From Myxococcota bacterium (GTDB lineage: Bacteria > Myxococcota_A > SURF-8): DNA of 64,000 nucleotides. Positions 39,201-49,324 of the stretch are shown in pieces. Made by a program: the position numbers and the translations under genes. Positions within the stretch are counted from its first letter, which is position 1. Each line of letters begins with the position of its first letter. Location of the stretch: the NCBI GenBank assembly GCA_965140415.1, contig OZ223209.1:960001-1024000 (forward strand). Reading direction: 5' to 3'. Under the pieces are notes generated by a model that was given only the letters and a program-made list of their open reading frames with translations, was not told the DNA's origin and searched no databases.

Positions 39201-41255
39201 TTAAAATTCCCAACTTAAATCCAGATCCGCTTTGACATCCCACACCGATTCCAGGTTGGGGAAGTAACGCGCGCTGGGTTGAACGGTTTTGCGGATGCCG
39301 AACTGGAAGGAAAGCAGTTGCACCGGACGCAGCCGGGCCAGGGCGATGAACATGGTGTTGTCCGCCGTGGGATCGAAAACGTTCTTGGCCGAATCGACGT
39401 TGACCTTGTAGTACGTTGCCGAAATCTGGAAGTATTTGGTGGCCGGAATTTCGAGATGCAACAGGAAATTGCCGTTGTCTTTTCCGTTGGCTCCATCAAA
39501 GGCCAGGGTGAATCCGACGTAGTCCAGCAAGGCATAGGAGAATTCAACGTAGGCCCCGAAATGTTCCCAGTCGGACGGGCGGTTGTGGAATTCCAAGTAT
39601 TTCGATGTGGCGGTGTAATCCGTGGTGCTTTTATTGTTTGCCGGTTTGTTCTGACTGAACCATTTGAACTTGGCGATTTCATAGAAGGAGTCGAAATAGC
39701 TGGGCGTGTAGTTGTCCTGGAAGGTGCGGAATTCCACACGCAGCCGCATGGCCTGCCGGATTTTACTGTAGAGATTGAAGCGCCCCAACAATCCCAAAGA
39801 GACACCCGCTCCGTTGTGCAGCCATTTGGTGTAGTCGGCATAGACTTTTACATCGACTTTTGGCTGCTCCACCGGCCAGCGCACTACTTTTAACTCGGCA
39901 TCCACACCGAAGAAATGAATGTCGGTGCTGTCGTAGATGTAGCTGTTATCCGAGTTGCGCCGATTGGAAACGACGGTATTGGGGGCGTCCCAGTCGGTCA
40001 TGTAGGTGAAACCCAACGAGAAACTTTCCGCCATCCAGCTATCGCTGAAAAACGATCCCGGTTTCAGGAAGAATAGACCGCCGACGATGTTGGCTCGCGT
40101 AATGTCATTGGTGTAGAGTTCCACGCCGCCGTATTTGGAATAGGCATCGAATTCGCCACTGACACGCGTCTGGAAATAGTCGAGGTTGGGCAGATAGCGT
40201 TTCATGATGATGCCATGCCCGAGCGACGCCGCATAGACGCGGTTGATGTTCAAATACAGGTTGTCTTCCTTGCGCCCGAATTGAATGTAGCGGATGACCT
40301 GGAAGAAGTCGCGCCAGTTATCCCAATCCTCGCTGCGGATTTTGATGTCGAACTTGTCCAGTTTCCCGTTATCGTCCTGATCCTCACCACTGAAGATTTG
40401 TAAATTCAACGGGATACCGAAGCCGAGGCGCAGTTTGCTGTCCTTGGTGATGTCGTCGGGGAAGAAGCGCAAATCGACCTGTGGTTCGATATGCGCGTAA
40501 TGGTTGAAGCCCAACCGGCGATAACCCAGAACAACGCCAGCACGATCATTTAATGGGATGATCTCCAGCGGACCGATGGTCGTCAGTTCGCCTTTGTAGA
40601 AACGTTCTTCTTTGGCCTGCTGCTCGCCTTCGGTTACACCTTCGGCAACCTCGCCGACCGGAATGGCGTCGACTTCCATCGGTTGTTGCTGCGGCGTGAC
40701 TGACAGCGCCAGTTCCTGCACCGCAGTTTTGAGCGGTTCGTCTAGCGTCATATCCGCCGGGATTTCCTGACTCTTTTTACCCAGCACGGTTCCACTGTTG
40801 GCATCCAGCATGATCAATGAAATCCGGACCTGATCGCCTTTTTTACGAATGTCTCCGGTCAAGACCCAGTCGGCTCCCAGTCCGCGTCCGGCCTGCACGC
40901 TGCATTCCATCGAGTAGCAACTCACGAAGGGCTTGCCCGCATCGCTGGCCAAGAAGGTTTGGGTTTCCTGCTTGCTGATGCCACGCTGGCCGCTTTGCAA
41001 CAACCCGCTTTGCAGGGTATCTTCGATTTCGCCGTCGGCGGTTTTGGTGTTTACGCCATAGCTGGTCAGGTGGATCACCGCAACCAGTTTCGGCGTTGCT
41101 GCCTCCGGACTCGTCGCTGCGGCTTCGTCCGTTGCAACCGCCTGGTCCGTTTGCTGGGCATCGGCATCGGGCATAGCGATGATGAACGCCATCCATGCCA
41201 AAACCAGGCACGAAAGCAGAATAATCTTGTGGCACGACGCAACAGGTAAGTGCAT
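39201..41255 (-). CDS. Putative outer-membrane beta-barrel with N-terminal periplasmic alpha/beta domain
   Basis: Signal peptide, alternating beta strands, terminal LDLSWEF beta-signal; start uncertain. Confidence 0.7.
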   Translation of the reverse strand: MHLPVASCHKIILLSCLVLAWMAFIIAMPDADAQQTDQAVATDEAAATSPEAATPKLVAVIHLTSYGVNTKTADGEIEDTLQSGLLQSGQRGISKQETQTFLASDAGKPFVSCYSMECSVQAGRGLGADWVLTGDIRKKGDQVRISLIMLDANSGTVLGKKSQEIPADMTLDEPLKTAVQELALSVTPQQQPMEVDAIPVGEVAEGVTEGEQQAKEERFYKGELTTIGPLEIIPLNDRAGVVLGYRRLGFNHYAHIEPQVDLRFFPDDITKDSKLRLGFGIPLNLQIFSGEDQDDNGKLDKFDIKIRSEDWDNWRDFFQVIRYIQFGRKEDNLYLNINRVYAASLGHGIIMKRYLPNLDYFQTRVSGEFDAYSKYGGVELYTNDITRANIVGGLFFLKPGSFFSDSWMAESFSLGFTYMTDWDAPNTVVSNRRNSDNSYIYDSTDIHFFGVDAELKVVRWPVEQPKVDVKVYADYTKWLHNGAGVSLGLLGRFNLYSKIRQAMRLRVEFRTFQDNYTPSYFDSFYEIAKFKWFSQNKPANNKSTTDYTATSKYLEFHNRPSDWEHFGAYVEFSYALLDYVGFTLAFDGANGKDNGNFLLHLEIPATKYFQISATYYKVNVDSAKNVFDPTADNTMFIALARLRPVQLLSFQFGIRKTVQPSARYFPNLESVWDVKADLDLSWEF

Positions 41256-41391
41256 GATCGTTTCTCTCCCCGGTAGCATCCGTTTTCCCAGCGTTCTTTA
41301 TAACATACCCGACCGTATCAGGGCCAGCACGAAATTCAGTGAGAATTCGACGGGTAATGTAAAGCCTACAGTGTAATCTTAAAATCCCTGC

Positions 41392-42792
41392 CTAGGCTTT
41401 CACTTCCGGATGTTTGAGCAGCCAGCTTTTCAGTTTGGCTTTATCGGATTTCCGTAAATGACGCCGCTTGCCCATCGGCTTGTCTTCATAGCGTTTACCC
41501 AGATCCTTCATCCACTCGGCGTCCGGGAATTTTTGCATCTTTTTGTAAAACGCCATCGCCTGCCGATCGAGACCCGCCATGCTGTAGATGTGTCCCAGGT
41601 ACATATTGGCGATCAGCGGAGAATCGGCGTATTCGGCCTTGCGGTTGTTGCTCCAGTACACCAGATGCTGCAAAGCCTTTTCATCCCGTGAAAGCAGCAC
41701 TTCGGCGTAGGCCTTGCGGATATCGAGCAGGAAGACATCCGCCCGTACAGTCAGATCGTGATAGGCTGACATCGGTTTGTTAAGCAGGTTGCGCGCGGAT
41801 TTCAGATGTTTCAGGGAGCGCCTGTAATCACCCCGTTTCTCATAGGTGTAGGCATAGAGCAGATAGACATAGTAATTATTGGGATACAGGGTGGCCATCA
41901 TGCGGCATTTTTCCAGCGCCAGTTGCCGCGTGGTGCTGCGGGGGGCAAATGCATAGATGGCGTAGACGTTGGCGAAGTAATGCAGGGGGCTGTCACTGGC
42001 CGCAGCCTGCTTGATCTGTTCGATGCCCTTCTTGTAATCGCCGGAAGGGATACCGACAAGGCGCAACAGCAATCTCGTTAACAGGCCAAAGCGACCCGTG
42101 TAAAAGTTATAAACCCCTTTTAAAAGCACGGCCCCGGTTAAGGTCGGACGTCGTTTCAGAATCTCATCCAGGGTTTTCATGCCTTCTTTGGCATGATGGT
42201 GCGCCTTTAAGTAGTTGCCGCGAATGCCGTGGAACATGGCCAGTCCCGCATTACTGACCGTCTCATAGAACAGGCCGGCATCCTTGTATTTGGGTAGGCT
42301 CTGGGCGCGCTGCGCTCGTTGCAGGCATTCGGTGAAGCGGCTCAGAATCTGGGCGTCGTCTTTGGTGTAGTTGGGGGCTAACAGAACTCGTCGCACCTTG
42401 AGCAGGGCGGACATGAAATACAACGAAAATACATGCGGTTGCAGCTTGATCAGCCGTTCCACTTCTGCGTCGAAATCGAACACTTCCCCGGCGGTATAAC
42501 GCTGCATGGCGTGGAAGAATTCCGGCGTGTACAGGTACACATCGTTATCGCGCAGCGAGAGGCCCTCGCCTTCCGGCAAGGTGCTTTCTGTGGCAGCCGG
42601 TTTTTGTTTCGTCTGCGGTTCAGTCGTTTTCTGGCTGTCTTTTGCCGGAGTCGTTTCCGCCGGAAGTTCGGGACGAGCGGCGGGTTTGGCCGCTTCTGCA
42701 AAAACCAGCGTAGGGGCAAGCAGCAGCGACAGTATTAAAAACATCGAGACAGCAAACGCCGAATCGAGACGAGATCGAGTGGTACGCATCAC
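41392..42792 (-). CDS. Exported TPR-like helical protein
   Basis: Signal peptide, Tyr/Ala/Gly TPR patterns; GTGA overlap with upstream gene. Confidence 0.7.
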   Translation of the reverse strand: MMRTTRSRLDSAFAVSMFLILSLLLAPTLVFAEAAKPAARPELPAETTPAKDSQKTTEPQTKQKPAATESTLPEGEGLSLRDNDVYLYTPEFFHAMQRYTAGEVFDFDAEVERLIKLQPHVFSLYFMSALLKVRRVLLAPNYTKDDAQILSRFTECLQRAQRAQSLPKYKDAGLFYETVSNAGLAMFHGIRGNYLKAHHHAKEGMKTLDEILKRRPTLTGAVLLKGVYNFYTGRFGLLTRLLLRLVGIPSGDYKKGIEQIKQAAASDSPLHYFANVYAIYAFAPRSTTRQLALEKCRMMATLYPNNYYVYLLYAYTYEKRGDYRRSLKHLKSARNLLNKPMSAYHDLTVRADVFLLDIRKAYAEVLLSRDEKALQHLVYWSNNRKAEYADSPLIANMYLGHIYSMAGLDRQAMAFYKKMQKFPDAEWMKDLGKRYEDKPMGKRRHLRKSDKAKLKSWLLKHPEVKA

Positions 42793-43325
42793 GTTACTCC
42801 TTGCGATTGCATGAGGTCGTTTAAGGTTTCACGATACACCAGCAAGTCGCCTTCGGAAAAAAGCACGAAACGGACTTCGCGAATGTCGGATAGCGAAGCA
42901 AGCTCTTCGATCACGGTCCGTAACGCGATCGGGCAGGCGAGTTTGATCGGGTAGCCGTACACTCCAGTTGAAATAGACGGAAACGCCAGGCTTTTCAAGC
43001 CCATCGAATCGGCCAGGCGCAATGATTCACGATAGCAGCTCGCCAACAGGCGGGCATCTTCTTCCCGTCCCGAATAGATCGGCCCCACCGTGTGAATGAC
43101 ATGTTTGGCCGGAAGGCGATACCCGAAGGTCGCCTTGGCCTGCCCGGTTTCACAGCCGCCCAAGCCTCGACATTCCTGCACCAGTTCCGGCCCAGCCGCA
43201 TCGTGAATGGCGCCGTCTACACCGCCACCGCCCAAAAGCGAGCGATTGGCCGCATTGACGATGGCATCGACTTCCATCGTGACGATATCTCCGCGCAGCA
43301 GTTTCAGGCGATCGGTAACCGGCAT
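42789..43325 (-). CDS. ymdB: Macrodomain O-acetyl-ADP-ribose deacetylase (YmdB-like)
   Basis: GDI..DAIVNAAN.SLLGGGGVDGAIH, VIHTVGP, AFPSISTGVYGYP. Confidence 0.92.
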   Translation of the reverse strand: MPVTDRLKLLRGDIVTMEVDAIVNAANRSLLGGGGVDGAIHDAAGPELVQECRGLGGCETGQAKATFGYRLPAKHVIHTVGPIYSGREEDARLLASCYRESLRLADSMGLKSLAFPSISTGVYGYPIKLACPIALRTVIEELASLSDIREVRFVLFSEGDLLVYRETLNDLMQSQGVT

Positions 43326-43340
43326 ACGTTGATCCCTCCC

Positions 43341-43850
43341 TCAGTCCAACTTCTTGTAATGCACCCGGATGAATTCATTGAAACCGCAGACTTGTGACCA
43401 GAAATGGTTTGACTGCGGATTACGCGAGCTGGTTTTAACTTCCAGGCGTGTAATCCCCATCAGGCGAAAACGTTCTTCCAGCACCTCGTACAACTGGCGT
43501 CCCAGGCCAAGGTCGCGGTAGCGTTCATCCATAACCATATCGGCGATGGAACCGATACTGCAACTTTTCATGGCCGGAGGCAGATTGCGAATCGTTGCCA
43601 GAATATAACCGATTATTTTCCCCTGAACTTCTGCAATCAACAGCAGACTGTCGGATTGTTGCAGCAGGTATTCAAGCCATTGGCGGTAATGAAAGCGCCC
43701 GTCACGGGAAGGAGTAAAGATGTCGTCGAGTTGTGCGTGAAGGGTGAAAAGCTGTTCCCACAAGTCGCAAATCGCGTCCAGATCCTGTTCTTCGGCATCC
43801 CGAATGTAGGGTACCAATCGCTTTTCTTGCGGGCCGGTTTTCCGTTGCAT
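43341..43850 (-). CDS. GNAT-family N-acetyltransferase
   Basis: IRDAEEQD, YRDLGLGRQL, N.QS..FW...GF. Confidence 0.85.
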   Translation of the reverse strand: MQRKTGPQEKRLVPYIRDAEEQDLDAICDLWEQLFTLHAQLDDIFTPSRDGRFHYRQWLEYLLQQSDSLLLIAEVQGKIIGYILATIRNLPPAMKSCSIGSIADMVMDERYRDLGLGRQLYEVLEERFRLMGITRLEVKTSSRNPQSNHFWSQVCGFNEFIRVHYKKLD

Positions 43851-43902
43851 CGTTCGCGGTTCGCTTTCTAGGCACGCCGCAGATCGTCTTCGGGCCGGGC
43901 GA

Positions 43903-44943
43903 TTACCTGGAACAGAAGTTCGGGGTCAAACAGTACATTTCGTCACCACCGATTCCCTGACAACAGCCACCGGGAAAGCTTTCGGCGCAATCACCGAATG
44001 CTTCACAGATCTGCGAACAGAACGAAATGGAACTGTTGTACAAGCAGCGCAAGTTGCGTCCGCAGGGTGGCAGATCCGTTTCCGCCGAAAATCCACAGGG
44101 TTCGGCCAGTGCGGCATAGGTCATTTCTGGACAACGCGCGTCGGGGTGGCAATACCCATCGTTTCTTGCCGTAAAGCCGGCAGGACAGTCATTCTCCGCC
44201 GCCATGCAGATTCGTCCACCACCCGCTTGCTTGTCGGCCATGCAGATGGCGTTACCGCCGCAGTCGCTGTCTGCATCGCAGGGGGTACAGGTGATATCTT
44301 TGCATTCTTCGCTTTCGGCATCGCAGAACTGCCCATCTTCTGCAATGCAAGCCGGATCGCATTGAACCGGCTCGATGCTGGAATCGCCGTCCTCGTCGCC
44401 ATCATTGCCTGGATCATCGACACAGGCTCCCGCCTGGCAGCGTTGATCCTCGGCGCAATCGCTGTCTACCAGACAGAATACGCACAGGTGATCCGACGAG
44501 CAACGGTGGCGCGGATAGCGGCAATCCGCCTCGTCCTGGCACAGGCGTTGACAGAGTTTATCCACACAGGCCTGACCGTTGTTGCAGTCATCGGCGTTCA
44601 AGCAGCTATTCAATTCTTCCGGCTCGGTATTGGGAGTAAGGCGACACGATCCGGCAAAGCAGTATTTGCCTTCTTCGCAATCCGTGTTGTCTACGCAGTC
44701 GGTGCAAACCTGCATTGCATGACAGCGGTTGCCATGGGCGCAGTCGCTGGTTTCTTCGCAGGTTTCAAGACAGGTGTTGAACACGCAGCGTTCGCCGTCC
44801 AGGCAGTCGGAATGCATCACACAGCTTCCTACCCGATCGCCGGAATCGGTGCCATCGGAATCCTCGCAAGCCGGGCAGAGCAATAACATAATGGAAAGAA
44901 TAGCGATATTCGCCAGCATTGGATGTAGAAGAAACCTGAACAT
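43903..44943 (-). CDS. Cys-rich repeat lipoprotein
   Basis: Lipobox CPAC; repeated C..xxDC..G..C....C units; DGDEDGD linker. Confidence 0.8.
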   Translation of the reverse strand: MFRFLLHPMLANIAILSIMLLLCPACEDSDGTDSGDRVGSCVMHSDCLDGERCVFNTCLETCEETSDCAHGNRCHAMQVCTDCVDNTDCEEGKYCFAGSCRLTPNTEPEELNSCLNADDCNNGQACVDKLCQRLCQDEADCRYPRHRCSSDHLCVFCLVDSDCAEDQRCQAGACVDDPGNDGDEDGDSSIEPVQCDPACIAEDGQFCDAESEECKDITCTPCDADSDCGGNAICMADKQAGGGRICMAAENDCPAGFTARNDGYCHPDARCPEMTYAALAEPCGFSAETDLPPCGRNLRCLYNSSISFCSQICEAFGDCAESFPGGCCQGIGGDEMYCLTPNFCSR

Positions 44944-45219
44944 CGAGCACCTCGTAACGACATCAAAAGAAAATACAACGCTATGATTTAAGTGCCAATT
45001 CGTCGCCTTGTCAAGACATTGCGGGGCGTGAACGCCGATTTCCGCCGGGAAAGCGGGATCGGAGTCGCACATTCGAAGCAAACAGAGAAAAAATGTCTGC
45101 AATTCAGGCTGTCATTTCCATATGATGGGAGACTTGCCCAGCTTCGCGAGCAGTGCTACAGTACAGGTCTTAGCAGAATCAGCGGGTACGCTTTTTTTTA
45201 CATGCTGAAAGATGTGTCG

Positions 45220-46692
45220 ATGAACCAGACCGAGATCTCCCGACGCGCGGCGTTGAAAAAAATCGCTTATGGAGGCGGCGCATTGCTGCTTGCCGCTACC
45301 GGAAGTTACTTCGTGTTCCGTTCTCCGCGAATAGCCGATGACGTTGCACGCGCGCTAACCGAAAAACTTTCCGGCGAAGTGATTCTGGATCGACTCCAAC
45401 TCGGTAACTACTCCCGTGATTTCGGGCGATTGATCGAAAAGCAACCACGTGTGGTCGTCAAACCCGCAGACGAGAAAGACATCCGCAGCGTGTTCGATAT
45501 CGCCAGGAAATTCCAGGTGCCGGTGCAGGTGCGCGGAAACGGGCAAAGCTGCATGGGACAATCGCTGTCCGATGGTGGAATCGTGCTTCACACGCAAAAG
45601 CAAGAAACCGAAATCGAGATCGATGGAAACGAGGTCTGGGCGGATGCTGGAATAAGCGTAAAAGAATTGCAGGCTCGTCTGAAGGCAAAAAAACTCTGCA
45701 TGCCGATTGCTCCCAGTGATTCACAGATGACCTTGGGCGGGTTGCTGTCGGCTGGTGGGCTGGGGGCTGCGTCGATCGAGCGGGGCTTATTGGTCGATTA
45801 CGTGCGGGAACTGGAACTGATCGCCCCGCATGGTGGATTGTTGCGCTGCTCTGCCGTGCGCAATCGGGACATGTTCCTGTATTCACTGGGCGGATTGGGT
45901 CAACTTGGTGTTTTGCACCGGGTGCGCTTGGTTACGGTGCGGCATCAACCTTTCGTCAAACTGGCCGAAGTACGCCTGCCGGGACCGGGAGCGATTGTCG
46001 AATTGCTGCAATTCGCCATGCAGGATCATTTACAGGGGCGCATCTCGTTTTTCCAGGCGGATCTTTCCTATAGTAAAACGATGGTCACATTGGGACGTGC
46101 TTTCGAAACGGCGGCAGAGGCGGATGCCTTCGATCCGGCGCTGATATTGCCCGAATCGCGAATGCTCGTTCAAGCCAAAGTCGTGCAGCAACCGCATTTC
46201 GACTTCTACGGGTTGAACGAAGAGCCTGATACTGGCAAGGCGAAAGGCTATCGAGTATGGGCGGATCTCCTTTTTCCAAACGACCGCTGGCAGGAGTATT
46301 TCGAGCGTTTGCTGATTCTGGCGCGCAATTCACCAAAGGAAGTTCAGCCGCATTCGATTCGCCTGTTCCCGATCCACAAAAACGATGCCCTGCGCCTGCC
46401 TTACGGCGCGCAGGTTGCCGACGGAAAACGCTATAACGTGCTTATCGGTACCGGCTATGCATTGCCTTCGTTCGATCCTGATGCGTTGGCCAAGGTCGAA
46501 GCATTCCTGGAGAAATTGCAGGATGTTGCAACGAGAATGAAAGCGCGTCCATACTTGACCGGCTGGTATCGACTAGACGAGGAGAAGAAACGCGCAGTGT
46601 TTGGTGACGACTTCAACACCTTGAAACGATTGAAAAATGATGTGGACCCCGATCGGTTGTTGAATCCGGGGGTCTGGATCGAAAACGCCTAG
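45220..46692 (+). CDS. Tat-exported FAD-binding oxidoreductase (VAO/cytokinin-dehydrogenase-like)
   Basis: SRRAALK Tat motif; DFG, VRGNGQSCMGQS, TLGGLLSAGG, GGLGQLGV, K..VDP..LLNPG. Confidence 0.85.
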   Translation: MNQTEISRRAALKKIAYGGGALLLAATGSYFVFRSPRIADDVARALTEKLSGEVILDRLQLGNYSRDFGRLIEKQPRVVVKPADEKDIRSVFDIARKFQVPVQVRGNGQSCMGQSLSDGGIVLHTQKQETEIEIDGNEVWADAGISVKELQARLKAKKLCMPIAPSDSQMTLGGLLSAGGLGAASIERGLLVDYVRELELIAPHGGLLRCSAVRNRDMFLYSLGGLGQLGVLHRVRLVTVRHQPFVKLAEVRLPGPGAIVELLQFAMQDHLQGRISFFQADLSYSKTMVTLGRAFETAAEADAFDPALILPESRMLVQAKVVQQPHFDFYGLNEEPDTGKAKGYRVWADLLFPNDRWQEYFERLLILARNSPKEVQPHSIRLFPIHKNDALRLPYGAQVADGKRYNVLIGTGYALPSFDPDALAKVEAFLEKLQDVATRMKARPYLTGWYRLDEEKKRAVFGDDFNTLKRLKNDVDPDRLLNPGVWIENA

Positions 46693-46758
46693 GGAAATGA
46701 TTCGGAAAAACCGGCAAAACTCCTGGAATCTTTACAGAAGGACTGGCAGACTGGATAC

Positions 46759-47550
46759 ATGAATTGCATCAACCATCCACAAACCCCCGCCGCCTTTTTC
46801 TGTGATGGCTGCGGAAAAAAACTGTGCGAGGAATGCATTTACGTGCGCAGCTTCGGCGCAACGAAAGTGGAAGTCTGCCCGTTTTGCGGACAGCACCTTC
46901 ACCCGTATTCCTCGCCGGAACAGAAAAAGGGTCAGCTTAAAAAGAAACTAACCGGCTTTTTCAAACGCGACCAATCCGCCCAGGACGGGCCGGACCCACG
47001 TTCGTTATTGGAACAGGCTCGCGGCCTGCGAACCATGCATCGCTATCCGGAAGCGTTGCAAGCCTTTGAGGAATTGCTGGTCCTGGCTCCCCAAAACGGT
47101 CAGGCGCTGGAGGGACGTTTCTCGCTTTTAGTGGAAATGCTGCGCAAGCCGGAAGCTCATCAGGCGGGAACAGCTTACCTGGAGCATCTGATTCGTATCA
47201 ACGATCAGACCGGGGCAACCAACGTTTACCGGCAATTGCAGAATCTGGACGAAAGCGGCCTGGTGGATGTGGAAAGTTTATGGACGGTGGCAAACTGGTT
47301 TAGAGAACGCGGGTTGCATATGGATGCCGTAAAGGCACTGAAGCGTCTTGCCGTAATGTACAGTCGGCACGACCGAGCGCCAGAGGCGCTGTTACTGGGT
47401 GCGCAGTTATTGGATGAAGAACTGGGAAAGCCACAGGTCGCACGCAGTTTCTACCTGCAACTGGCTAAAAGCTATCCGCGTCACGAACTGGCTCAACAAG
47501 CGCAGAAAGCCTTATCTCTTCTGGCGGAAAAAGAACCAGATAAAGGGTAA
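46759..47550 (+). CDS. B-box Zn-finger + TPR protein
   Basis: CINHP...C..C.K.LC.EC; TPR helices. Confidence 0.8.
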   Translation: MNCINHPQTPAAFFCDGCGKKLCEECIYVRSFGATKVEVCPFCGQHLHPYSSPEQKKGQLKKKLTGFFKRDQSAQDGPDPRSLLEQARGLRTMHRYPEALQAFEELLVLAPQNGQALEGRFSLLVEMLRKPEAHQAGTAYLEHLIRINDQTGATNVYRQLQNLDESGLVDVESLWTVANWFRERGLHMDAVKALKRLAVMYSRHDRAPEALLLGAQLLDEELGKPQVARSFYLQLAKSYPRHELAQQAQKALSLLAEKEPDKG

Positions 47551-47616
47551 AGCAAGCCGGATTTTGTCCGACATGTACGGCTGCCTGACTCGATTTCCCG
47601 GTCCGTCAAACGGTTG

Positions 47617-48972
47617 TCAGTCCCATGAAACAAGTCGGATCGGAATGGCAAACTCCCAGGATTGCACACTGGAGCATTGCTCGTCCGCCGTTCCAATCAT
47701 CAAGAGACTATATCCACCGTGAATGGAAGACGACCAACGGATGTTCGTTGCGAAAGCACCGGATTCATCGATTTCCACGCAGGTGTCCTGCCACGTATCC
47801 TCTCTGGAATTGTACAGGGAGATATACACCATGCCTTCTCCCAGCATGGAAACTCCTGAAATCGGGTAGAACCAGTCGATTTTGGCGACGGCACACGGGA
47901 AGCCGGAATCTAGCAGGATACCCATAAATGCAAAGGTGTCTTCCGGACAAAAAGAGAATTCGGTGTCCTGCTCACAACTTGTCGGCGCGACGTTCTCCGA
48001 TTCTGCCGTCATTCCGGCAACGGGCCATCCCCGCGTCCGGTTTTCGAATTCGATGAATTTGATGGGTAAGGTCTGGAAATACAGATCGCGAATGTCGAAA
48101 TGCAGGTGCGGTCCGGTGGAGTATCCCGTATTGCCTGATCTGCCGATTATCTGCCCGGTACAAATCGTATCTCCAAATGCAACATCCGCGCCGTTTAATT
48201 GAAGGTGCGCATACGTGGCGATGGTTCCATCGCCGTGGTCGATCTGAATCATGTTGGCATCGTCCACGCAGCTTGCTTCGGCACAGCCGTTATTGGAATC
48301 CTCTTTGACGTAAATCACCTTCCCTCCGCGAGCCGCCGCGATTTCCTCGCCTTCGTCCATAACGAAATCGATTGCGTAAGAGGAGTTGTTCTCATGGTTG
48401 TGTGTGAAATAGGCGTGGTATCCCTGGGAAATCGAATACGTCACCCCCTGCGGAAACGGCAGGTTAACCCATTGATCCGACAAGGGAACGCAGCTTTCAC
48501 CCCGCACGACCGTACCGTCGCCACAAGTGATTTTCGGTTCTTCCAATACACATTCGCCATCCACAAAAACAGTGTCAGGACCACAAACGACTTCTTCATA
48601 ATCGGGAATGCACTCGCCATCTTCCTCGTGCGAACCCTCGCCGCATACGATCTCTTCATAACTGGGAACGCATTTCCCGTCTTGTTCGTAGGAACCTTCC
48701 CCACACACGATTTCTTCGTAATCGGCAACGCATTCGCCATTTTCCTCGTGCGAGCCCTCGCCGCAAACGATTTCCTCGTAATCGGGAATGCAAACCCCAT
48801 CCTCTTCATGAACCCCTTCTCCGCAGTCGATTTCCGGGTAATCTGGCATACACGCTCCATTCTCTTCGTGGGTTCCAACGGCGCATTGCAAATCATTTCC
48901 ACTGCCGCAGCTAATCAACAGGTTTGCCATGAGAAGAAAGGAAATCGCTAGTAAATGGAAACATACTTTCAT
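47617..48972 (-). CDS. M23-family metallopeptidase lipoprotein with 7 x 20-aa Cys repeats
   Basis: Lipobox LISC; CGEGSHEEDGEC.PDYEEIV repeats; YAIDF, YAHL, GNTGYSTGPHLHF. Confidence 0.88.
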   Translation of the reverse strand: MKVCFHLLAISFLLMANLLISCGSGNDLQCAVGTHEENGACMPDYPEIDCGEGVHEEDGVCIPDYEEIVCGEGSHEENGECVADYEEIVCGEGSYEQDGKCVPSYEEIVCGEGSHEEDGECIPDYEEVVCGPDTVFVDGECVLEEPKITCGDGTVVRGESCVPLSDQWVNLPFPQGVTYSISQGYHAYFTHNHENNSSYAIDFVMDEGEEIAAARGGKVIYVKEDSNNGCAEASCVDDANMIQIDHGDGTIATYAHLQLNGADVAFGDTICTGQIIGRSGNTGYSTGPHLHFDIRDLYFQTLPIKFIEFENRTRGWPVAGMTAESENVAPTSCEQDTEFSFCPEDTFAFMGILLDSGFPCAVAKIDWFYPISGVSMLGEGMVYISLYNSREDTWQDTCVEIDESGAFATNIRWSSSIHGGYSLLMIGTADEQCSSVQSWEFAIPIRLVSWD

Positions 48973-49324
48973 CTTTCTCTCCTTCGCCGGTAGGTAATCT
49001 GTAACGATGGCAGTAAAGCAACCTTTTCGTATGCGATTTTCCACCACGCTCTCAATGTTTATGAATATGACCGTAATGTATTTCAAAGGAGGAAGAGTCG
49101 TCAATAAAAAAGGAGGGTGAATAAGTTAACCAAAGACGTGAATAGAAAAATGGGAATCCTCTCTATTGGAGTAGGGCTCCTAGTTGTCTTCATGGTCGGG
49201 ATGAAGACCTGTGATGGATTTGGATTGTTTCCAATTTCGAAACGTTACGAGCGGGATGCAATCCCGCTCGATCTTTCGAAAAGTAAGGAGATAAAGCCCA
49301 TAAAGGGAAGTTGGGAAATCGCTT

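Noticed and set aside
42789-43850. Macrodomain + GNAT as a toxin-antitoxin or defence pair
   Set aside because: Macrodomain is a standard YmdB type; no DarT/sirtuin partner or antitoxin-like gene
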